64,000 nt of DNA, taken from the NCBI GenBank assembly GCA_951406725.2, contig OX597815.1:46810001-46874000 (forward strand), written 5' to 3'. The DNA comes from Octopus vulgaris (taxonomy: Eukaryota). The notes below the pieces were generated by a model, which was not told the DNA's origin, searched no databases, and saw nothing but the letters and a program-made list of their open reading frames with translations. Positions 54,901 to 64,000 of the stretch are shown here, in pieces. How positions within the stretch are numbered: the first letter of the stretch is position 1; each line of letters opens with the position of its first letter. A program made the translations under genes and the position numbers.

Positions 54901-55368
54901 TGCTACAGAGGAGCTCTACCTGTTCGGGATAAACTCGCAAGGCACGGTGGCCGAGACAGTCCGATATGTCCAAGATGCGGGCGGGATATGGAAACCGTCC
55001 CGCACGCTATTGTTCATTGTCCGGACGTGTCTGAGGTGTGGGTTTATGCCGAACAGCTGTTGTCAGGTACACGAAGAGTACAGCTGTCGACTGAGTCGAT
55101 TACAAAAATTGACCCACCGGATTTCCTCGTGAATGAAGGTAAGTTTCGTTTTCTCGTTGTAGTAGCAATTGCGAAAGAGGTGATATGGAAGACGAGAGTG
55201 AAAGGTTTACAGTCAGGCAAGTTCATCTCTGGCCCTGGTTTGATGAATTATTTCATCTTTCACCTGAAAAGGAAGATAGGGCTGGAGAGAATATGCCAGA
55301 CTAGGAGAGTGTATGAAGAACGATGGAAAGATGTGGCACGGAAGTTGCGAGTGAAAGATACAACATAA
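51970..55368 (+). CDS. LINE ORF2: APE endonuclease, reverse transcriptase and C-terminal zinc finger
   Basis: 1132 aa with no stops; LNVRGL, ATET, GDFN, TWSN..SYIDRIL, SDH; APGLDG, RPITLLN, DQSKAFDRVDH, QGCPLSP, YADD; CPRC..ETVPHAIVHC. Confidence 0.97.
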   Translation: MDYIYVGCLNVRGLGAGWKQGRFLHDIRSRNLDVIVATETWLEGPRGLLPLFDGYESFFSPGSPTGGRGVLVLLKRNRVSEKKLIFADPEGRLVVMDLTFSNGKVIRLVAIYAPNSKKGQSDYFRDLEKFLGTSHSLVVLGDFNTICKADVDCVGSCPDRRGNSGFMELLSRFELADPYRLEFPNAPLWTWSNSDGSSRSYIDRILIRKVDSKIAKCPQFYPISYSDHKMVTCKLDIDKVRNRGSGYWKLNTSLLAIKEYKDRITNIIQRALSGTIINNKWWYALKRAIKFESIRYSIGVVAREARGDNTLVKELEEAMKTGSTAQVASKRLVLNQHLEAKHMGCIVRARIRHMGCEGINAVRWARVVEAQHGNGATIRSLTNQQGELINEPEEMCEAFQEHFAQLFGECGGLDRRRAFTDLLDGLPRLSGRDAEGCEGPITPEEVFEAMADCGAGKAPGLDGLPYELYKSMPDLFGHLLAEVYANWQQNGLIPRSVRRGVVTLVRKDPSKGECIDNFRPITLLNTELKILAKVLSKRLARVADGLIGEAQTCAVPGRSIQDNLHLMRYTIEGFNSDSGKGGVLVHLDQSKAFDRVDHRYLVSALAQFGLSLGFLRWIIQMYDNIDSVVRVNGFLSKPFKIKRSVRQGCPLSPLLYVMALEPLLRKLSGIPRQPGNGKSVSAYADDITIIVTEMDHLCKVGKAIEVYETVTGAKVNREKSVGLQLGTWRGKSMPPDSVVGRWTEGPIKLLGVWFGPDLQIEKNWGEVTSKVAAVAKTWSWRWLSLKGRAEVANVFIASVITYRLSVVPCPDSWLTKLERQHFYFLWKGRKPLVKRSTCCQQPLKGGLGMPWLMMRRHALRLRHLWLYLDGERVWSPLAKLMFPKFTSFGGRETWSNRRSKLGTWYTECRKALLLFRRSGNACGGGSTTFFYRGLVEADCEDTLGETLGLDDNQLASLFRRTFKPRTLDNFQKSLAWQCYRGALPVRDKLARHGGRDSPICPRCGRDMETVPHAIVHCPDVSEVWVYAEQLLSGTRRVQLSTESITKIDPPDFLVNEGKFRFLVVVAIAKEVIWKTRVKGLQSGKFISGPGLMNYFIFHLKRKIGLERICQTRRVYEERWKDVARKLRVKDTT

Positions 55369-56099
55369 ATGTAATACCAAGCGCAACCAAAAGTATCAGT
55401 GGGGAGGCGGGGCTCGTGGGGTCCGAGCTAAACCCGCACCCACTCCACCTGTAATGTCTTCCGGTCTATTCCATCATTCGATTTTGTGTATATTCTTGTA
55501 ATTTCATGTTATTTTTAAATCCGATTTTTTGTAAAAACCATCCGTATGTCTGACCCCACATCAGATTGTATTGTCCCCTCTATGTTCGCCCCTTGTGGGT
55601 AGTAATAAAATCAACTGAGAACTCGTACAATGACTCCACTACTACTGACCTCCTACAATGACTGACTGTCTGACTTTATAGTGGATGTTCACGTGGGAAG
55701 GGAAGTACCATTTTCACTAAATGTCTTAACTACAGCCATGTCTGTGCCGTTTAGCAACAACTTCTGAACCACGATGCTTGTAAAAGAAAAATGCCAAGTC
55801 AAGTGCTGGGATCAATATAATTGACTGAACTCTTGCCGTGAATTTGATGACTCTCGGCGAAACGGAATACTTGGACACGATGTTACTGTATTTGAAATAG
55901 AAATGCTGGAGAATACAACACATCAGTAGTTCAGAGCTTGCAGTGTTTTGGTAGGCAAATTTATGTAAATCAGTGTAGGAGGTATAACTGTGTGGTTAAG
56001 AATACCCTCCTTCTTTCCTTCTTTCCTGAGCGTCCAATAATACTATACTTGTTCCACGTCCTTGCGTTGTGTTTTCTTTTTGTTTTTCGATGTTTGGAT

Positions 56100-56145
<46 letters not shown>

Positions 56146-56211
56146 GGTCCCGGGTTGATTCGGGGTTAACCACAGTAAATAAGGTACTCAATACATAGCA
56201 GAGTAAAATTA

Positions 56212-56346
56212 ATTTATTATATAGAAGGAGCTTCTACAGGACTAGAACTGTTTCATTCAAGAGAAATCTTCAGGAAGCTCTTGAAGCTTCCTGAAGATTT
56301 CTCTTGAATGAAACAGTTCTAGTCCTGTAGAAGCTCCTTCTATATA

Positions 56347-56352
<6 letters not shown>
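56212..56352. repeat. Perfect 68-bp-arm palindrome containing hammerhead motifs
   Basis: Arms 56212-56279 / 56285-56352, loop CTTGA. Confidence 0.92.
56285..56335 (+). ncRNA. Type I hammerhead-ribozyme-like motif
   Basis: AGCTTC-CTGAAGA-T.TTC tctt GAA.T-GAAA-CAG ttctagtc CTG-TA-GAAGCT; stems I and III pair fully. Confidence 0.65.
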
Positions 56353-56402
<50 letters not shown>

Positions 56403-56561
56403 ATATATATATATGTATAAATATATGTATATATGTATATATATATATATGTATAAATATATGTATATATGTATATATATATATATGTATATATGTATAT
56501 ATATATATATGTATAAATATATGTATATATGTATATATATATATATGTATAAATATATGTA

Positions 56562-56597
<36 letters not shown>

Positions 56598-56599
56598 AA

Positions 56600-56637
<38 letters not shown>

Positions 56638-56687
56638 TATGTATAAATATATGTATATATATATATATATATAAATATATGTATAAA

Positions 56688-56742
<55 letters not shown>

Positions 56743-56744
56743 AA

Positions 56745-56830
<86 letters not shown>
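56353..56830. repeat. Compound (TA)n array with higher-order ATGTATAAATAT units
   Basis: Direct reading. Confidence 0.9.
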
Positions 56831-56833
<3 letters not shown>

Positions 56834-57291
56834 CACACACATGTATGTGTATTTTTTCAATGTGTACAAATAACACGGAAAAATAAATAGTTGCCAATAA
56901 ATAGTTCAGTATGTTGGTTCAGTGTTCAGTCCCTCCTTCTGCCACATGCCCACTCTCTCTCATTAGTACTTCCACTGTACCATCAACACTACTACTTTTA
57001 ATAAAAAAATCATCAACACTCCTTAAATTTCTTTGTCTCTTTCTCTTCCTCTCTTTTTCTTTCTCTTTCTCTGTCTGTCTTCGCTACCGCACTCACCATC
57101 TCTATTCCAACTATTACTCTCACCCCAACATGAGCAATAGTAGGAGTGTCATTGAACAGCGAAAGAGAGAGAGAGAGAGAGAAGAGGTCAAAGTGTGACA
57201 CACTGACACAGAAATTAGTTTTCACATTTATTATATTAGATATCTAATTTTAAGGAAACTTTATGTCAATGAAAGTGTATTTCATATATAC

Positions 57292-57342
<51 letters not shown>

Positions 57343-58299
57343 TGTGCATGTGTGTATGTCTATATATATGTATTACAGAAAGCAAAAAATATAACAAAAA
57401 TGATAGTGTTCAGTATATGTCGGTGACAGGAATATATATATATATATATATATAAAAGTAAAATTTACTTCGAAATGGATGTGCGGCGTTCGATCATATA
57501 ATAATATAAATAATATATATATATATGCACATGTATATACATGTAAATACAACGAAAAAGACAAATGGAAAAACGAAAGCGGCAACATAAAGAACAATCC
57601 CTTCATCAGTTATCCATTGTTTCATCTACTCCGCATTTCGAGCGTTGGGACAACATGCGACTTCGTCAAAACAGTCGCCCCCGCAAAGAAAATTAAATAA
57701 AATTTGGGATATATACGTCATGCCTGTATTAATTTAGTGATTCTTCTGTGGCTGAAAAGTACGTTGACTTCTATTTTTAGCGAAGCAGGTGCTTATGTAG
57801 TACTCTAGTATATATAGATATATTTATATATCTGATATATGATTTGTTAATTTGCCTATACAGCTTTACGCTCGTGGCCACTAACGTTATTATTTTTAAA
57901 TAATTTGGCACGATTCGTTTGTTTCAATTGTGTTCGACCACTCAAATGACTTGACAGGCATGATGGCAGTGAATTATAGTAGTTGTCCCTGGCAGATTTG
58001 ACTAAGAGATTCGGGCATCTTTGGCGCTAAATTCGAAATCTTGATATTAAATTAACCAACATCCCTCCTGCATCCTTGGCGGATGTAAGACACTATTCTT
58101 GTTTACTAAAATTTTTTTACTATCATGCTTTTATTAATTTTATACTAAAAATTAAAAAAAAAAAAAAAGAATTAGGAATTTTGCAGTATGACAAACTAGT
58201 AAACGATAAAAAATAAAAGTTATTTCAGGCCTTGTGCCTTTATTAGAAACATTATAGCGTCGACATTGATGTTATTGTTGTATAAGTTCAGGTCTTCAC

Positions 58300-59180
58300 C
58301 GATCCTGCAGAGCTCTGATCAAAATTGATCCAGCAATGATCGTGTTTTATTTAGACAGTCTATAGCCAACTAAGACTACATTATCTCATCAAACTATCTA
58401 ACTTAAAGAAGGCTTGGTTTGACAGAGATTTGGCTACTAATTCTAGCAGGTCGTAGGGGCTTTTCTTTTCCAATCATTACCAGAGAGATATCATTAGCAT
58501 AGTTAGATCCTGTAAAGCGCTGATCAAAATCGATCCAGCAGTGATCACCCCGTATTTTATTCAGACAACAAGGACTATGTTATCCCATCTGACCTTCTAA
58601 TTTAGGGGTTCTCAACCATTAAAAAAAATCTATGGATCCCTTTAATTACTAAATTATTCTGGCGGATCATAATAGCTATTCGATGTTTGAAAACTAGTTT
58701 TCTAAAAATTTTTTACAAAATTCCTATTTTGTTTTTCACACATCAATTTGTGTAGGTTGAACTATGTAAAATGTTAGAGAAAGAAACAGCTATTTCACGT
58801 AATAAATACATTAAAAGTAAAAATTTTCAGGTTTTCCAATTTAATATTTTGTTGCCTGGACCTCCCAAAATCTCATACGGATCTTCATGGGCCATATGGA
58901 TTCCGGTTGAGAACCACTGTTCGAACTTAAAGACGGCTCGATTTGAGAGAGATTTGGCTACTATTTTTGGCAAGCTCTTCTCACCGATTTGTTATCAGTG
59001 AGATCCTGTAGAGCTCTGATCAAAATTAATCCAGCAGTGATCATCCAGGACTACGTTATTCCATCTGATACTCCAACTTAAAGACGGTGGAGTTGAGAGA
59101 AACTGGCTGCTATTTCTAGCAGGTCTTAGAGGTTTTTGTTTTCACTGATTTGTTACAAGAAAGAGATATTAGCATAGTTA
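58300..59180. repeat. Three tandem diverged copies of a ~200-bp repeat
   Basis: GATCCTG.A.AGC.CTGATCAAAAT recurs near 58301, 58506 and 59002. Confidence 0.75.
58603..58919. mobile_element. hAT-type MITE
   Basis: TIRs TAGGGGTTCTCAACC / GGTTGAGAACCACTG; degenerate 8-bp TSD TTCTAATT / TTCGAACT. Confidence 0.75.
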
Positions 59181-59654
59181 GGGTAGCAGGGTGAGGGTGT
59201 TGCTGATTGATGTGCTGTAAATGACGTCAGCAAGATTTCTGGAGTGTGGACTCGAGAATGGCCGATGCATGGAATGTTCTTAAAAATGGGAAAAATCATC
59301 GCAGCATTTGTCATGTGTCAACGTAAAATGCTTGTGTAGTGCTCTGAGCGAAGAAATAACTGTCTGACAGACTGAATACTGATCACACTGTAGATAGCTA
59401 TTGACAGAAAAGCATAAAGCTACCGAAACTATGTGAATATACTCACGTACGCGCGCGCTCACATACTCACGGACGCGCGCACACAAGCACAGACATATAC
59501 ACACAAACACGGTCTCACGTACACACATGTATGCACAAACACATCTCGCACCCACATAACTATATTTTATTAGATGATGGTGCTAAAGAAGTAACGCAAA
59601 GGCCTAGAGTTTCGAGCCAAGGCCATTTCTAAACCGATATATATATATATATAC

Positions 59655-60063
<409 letters not shown>

Positions 60064-60139
60064 TGCTGTTTATTTATGAGTAGGAAGGTGATCAAAGCCT
60101 GTGAACAACATGATTAATCCGGAGAAGGTGGTGTCTTCC

Positions 60140-60375
60140 ATTTCAACAAAAGAACTTTGTCTATGTCCTCGCATTTGCTAAAACTTTCGGATCTGGAATT
60201 AAGTAGTGTGGTGGATCTAAAAAGAATCTTTTGGTAACACAGCATGCATCAGTTTGAGCCGTTTACGCACTGCGTGGCCTTTTCCACGATGCTCCACTTG
60301 ATTGCATGTGGGGTGTAGTTGGCCTCCAGCTTTCTATATATGGCCAGCCAACTTAGTGGCTACATTTTTGTCTAT
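60140..60375 (-). mobile_element. Penelope-like GIY-YIG C-terminal relic
   Basis: Frameshifted ATKLAGHI..IKWSIVEKA..CMLC..LLNSRSE..SKC. Confidence 0.6.
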
Positions 60376-60745
60376 GTGTCATTCCAATACATAAGCAAAA
60401 CTAAATCGACAAAGCTTTTCTTTTGTATTTCATTATTTTGGGTCACTACTGTGACTTCACTTTCATAAACAGGTGAGTAAGCTTCAAGGGGTTTCGGCAC
60501 TGACAATTAGGAATAGGCAAGCTTACGAGTGATAAAACCCTTCATATTGGCGCTGTAGCTGTATGAAATATTTACCGAACGCCCATTAAGAATTTTCCTG
60601 TATTTATGATTCACTTGGGAAATTTTTACCCAATAAAGCCAGGAATTTTGTACCTATGTTAGTCTCAACATTCTAAGTGAAGTGCAGTTAGTCGATTATA
60701 TTACTCCCTCGTTTTCAACTGCTACTTATTATCACAGCGGTATTT

Positions 60746-60979
60746 GAAGGCGGTGAGCTGGCTGAAACGTTAGCACGCCGGGCGAAATGCTTAGCGGTTT
60801 TTCGTCTGCCGTTACGTTCCGAGTTCAAATTCCGCCGAGGTCGACTGTGCCTTTCATCCTTTCGGGGTCGATTAAATAAGTACCAGTTACGCACTGGGGT
60901 CGATATAATCGATTTAATCCGTTTGTCTGTCCTTGTTTGTCCTCTCTGTGTTTAGCCCCTTGTGGGTAGTAAAGAAATA
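60746..60979 (+). mobile_element. Full-length family-A SINE with Tx1-like tail, nested in an older opposite-strand copy
   Basis: TSD GGTATTT at 60739-60745 / 60980-60986. Confidence 0.88.
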
Positions 60980-61700
60980 GGTATTTGAACTCAGAACGTT
61001 AAACCAACAGAAATGTTGCTAAGCATTTTGCCCTGGGCGGTAACGATTCTGTCTGCTTGCTGCCTTAATAATAATGATAAACTTTTCTACTATAGCCACA
61101 AGGTTAAACAGTTTTACGGCTGGGGACTAGTCTATTACATCACCGCAATACTTGATTCAGAAAGAATGAAAGGCAAAATTGACCTCGGTATGATTTGAAC
61201 TCAGAACGTAAAAAGTCGGAAGAAATGTCACTAAGCATTTTACCCAATGCGCAAACGATGCTACCAGCTCGCCGAAGTACCTAAATGAAGCAACGAGACA
61301 TTTTGTCCGTTGCGTTACTTGTTCTGCTAAGCACGAAAAAATGATGGAAAAAGCAATACAAAAACAAAAAGTAGGTAGAGTAATGAAAAAGGAAGTATAT
61401 ATGTGTGCTAGAACGAAACCTCGATTAAAAATTAAAGCCTTTAATAACGTTGTCCCGGATATAGAGAATAGAATTACTTTTATGTCTGTGCGTTGTGGAT
61501 CATCAGACGCAATCTGCTGACTGCATTAAATCTTCTTTGTTTGAATATTCGAATAAAAGGAAGAGAGTCTCAAATTTTATCCTTTCCAGTTATATTTATA
61601 TCTCAAATTCATGCAGTGTATATATATGTGTCAATGTATGCATTTACATGTGTGTATGTGTGAGTGTGGACAGATATATGTGCATGCATATGTATGCATT

Positions 61701-61757
<57 letters not shown>

Positions 61758-61817
61758 GTATATATGTATATCTATCTATGTATATATGTATATATATATA
61801 TATATATACAAACATAC

Positions 61818-61862
<45 letters not shown>

Positions 61863-62441
61863 CGCACATACACACGTATGTATTTATGAATATGTATGTG
61901 TGTGCATGGGAATGGATATATGTGTGTATGTATATGTATGTATATGCATATATATTATACATATATAAACATGTGTGTGTGTGAGTGTGTGTATGTGTGG
62001 GTGTGTGAAGAAATATAGGTGTGGATATGTGGGTATGTGTGTAGATGTGTATGTCTGCGCGCTTACGTTACATTTATTATTTTTCTCGACGAATCCAATT
62101 TCGGTATGGTCGTAAAAGTTTGGACGGTATGGCGCAAGGAGTCTATGAAAAACTAATAAACACCGATGTTATGGACTGTATTTAAGGTGAAAAGCCTGAG
62201 AAGGATATTTAATTTCTTGAAGCGAATCAAATAATATAAAAGTGGAAACAATGACAAACTCTGACGCCATTTTAATTCTTCGTTCAAAAATGTCTTGCTT
62301 CAGTTTAGTATTGTTACTGTAATTTTCCTACCCGAGTGCTTCCTCCATTCTCATTGATGTCTGAAAATCATTCTTTTCAACCGCTCACTCGCTCATTGAT
62401 GTGACATATCCGTGTGTTTTTACGTTCCTTCACCCTCCCTG

Positions 62442-62499
<58 letters not shown>

Positions 62500-62652
62500 G
62501 TTTCATTCTCTTTTTCGCTCCCACTGTTTCTGTCTAATTTTGTATTTTATTTTCAATCCCTCATTATCTTTCTCTCTATGTAGGCTTATGTGCTTAAATT
62601 TTGTGCGTTTCGCATGCCGATAGACTCACATGCACGCGCGCACGCACACACA

Positions 62653-62692
<40 letters not shown>

Positions 62693-62766
62693 TATACACA
62701 CATACACACATATATATATAAGTGTATATATCTATATACATACTATAATGTTCTGTTATGCGTGTT

Positions 62767-62848
<82 letters not shown>

Positions 62849-63486
62849 AGGCTTTATCAACAATGTTTCTTGAAGCGAGATCAACTATAGATATAAGTTA
62901 TGATGTTTGAATTCACCATGAGAGTTTTCGTTAATAAACAATTCCTTTACGTATTTCTTGCTCCCTCTCTTCCGCTCTCTTTCTCTCTTATGTATATCTT
63001 CACACATGCACATATATTTAAATCGATCAAACTGAAAAATTAATGAAAGGTTATTCAAGTCGAGATACAATGTATAGTTTTTGAACCGAGACCGAGTTAC
63101 GTTACAGGAAGACAAATGTTTCTCATTACATGCACACATCTATTTCATTCATCTGTAGGTTTCAGAAAGGATGTTGCTCAAAATATACTCGTTTATATAC
63201 TGGTAACTGATGTAAAGCAGAACATGACTTTTAATGCAAAGACTACTGAAACGTCAAAAAGTTTGAACGGAATCTTCCTAGGGGTGAGATTGTCAACACC
63301 AAAAGTGATTGAAAAATTCGGGTCTAAAATTCACATCATGGAATTGTAGCTATATGACAGCATATATTCCTCAAAAACATCAAGAATATTCAAAAGCTAC
63401 AAGATCGCTCAATAAGTTTTAATAAGATAAATGCGATTTGAAATAAGTTTTTCTCATGCTACGGAGTGTTTAACGAAAACTCAAAG

Positions 63487-63910
63487 CATGCGAACTGGCA
63501 GAATGGTTAGTACTCCGGACCAAATGCTTAGCAGCATTTGGTCCATCTTTACGCTCTGAGTTCAGATTTCGCCAAGATTGGTTTTGCCTTTTATCCTTCG
63601 GAGTCGATAAATTAAATACCAGTTAAGCATTAGGGTCGATATAATCGACTAATCCCCTATTCTAAACTTACTAAAATTTGAACCCAATAACTTAGTAATT
63701 AAAAGCGGCAAGCTGGCAGAATCGTTAGCATCCGGACAAAATGTTTAGCAGCATTGTGTTTGTCTTTACATTCTGAGTTAAAATTCTGCCGAGGTCGTCT
63801 TTGCCTTTTCTCCTTTCGGGGTCGATAATTTAAGAAACACTGAGGTCAATATAATTGACTATTCCTCCTCCCCAAATTTCAGGCCTTATTTCTATCGTAG
63901 AAAGGGTTTA
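63487..63910 (+). mobile_element. Two tandem degenerate family-A SINEs
   Basis: CTGGCAGAAT.GTTAG heads near 63495 and 63713. Confidence 0.75.
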
Positions 63911-64000
63911 ATGAAATTTCAGTCTCACTATTTTGAGTTATGTATAATAAAGACACATAAAGTTACACAAGTTCAGATACCCAAACGCTTTGATTTTCAT

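Larger units (their letters stand above)
50427..55611 (+). mobile_element. Full-length L1/Tx1-clade non-LTR retrotransposon
   Basis: 5' UTR, ORF1, ORF2 and 3' UTR ending AATAAAAT; TSD CAACTGAATACTCGT (50412-50426) / CAACTGAGAACTCGT (55612-55626). Confidence 0.93.
50235..55759 (-). mobile_element. Putative solo-LTR-like sequence (~325 bp once the LINE is removed)
   Basis: Joined 50235-50426 + 55627-55759 reads TGTTG...TAACA on the minus strand and contains CTATAAAG; no TSD found. Confidence 0.4.

Noticed and set aside
50617-55226. Antisense and alternate-frame ORFs within the LINE
   Set aside because: Shadow frames of GC-richer coding sequence with no motifs

Overview
AT-rich, microsatellite-saturated animal DNA with no host exon that I can support. 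The repeat families (tRNA-headed SINEs with central (TA)n/(CA)n tracts, Nin-domain-like SINEs) look like those of octopus/coleoid cephalopods; this is an inference. Almost all of the short ORFs in the track are artefacts of dinucleotide repeats. The main feature is an apparently full-length ~5.2 kb L1/Tx1-type LINE (50427-55611). It has a CCHC ORF1, an uninterrupted 1132-aa APE-RT-zinc-finger ORF2 and a 15-bp target-site duplication (TSD), and it sits inside an LTR-like sequence next to tRNA-Thr-like repeats. Its last ~40 nt match the 3' tail of a young SINE subfamily in this window, and two of those SINE copies have inserted at GGTATTT inside older relatives. A second SINE family shares its tail with a CR1/L2-type LINE relic that is also present. 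The window also has several fold-back palindromes carrying outward-facing hammerhead-ribozyme motifs (Penelope-like), a DD36E Tc1-like transposon, mariner and hAT relics, and a CRE-clade relic. Coordinates of degenerate repeats are approximate.
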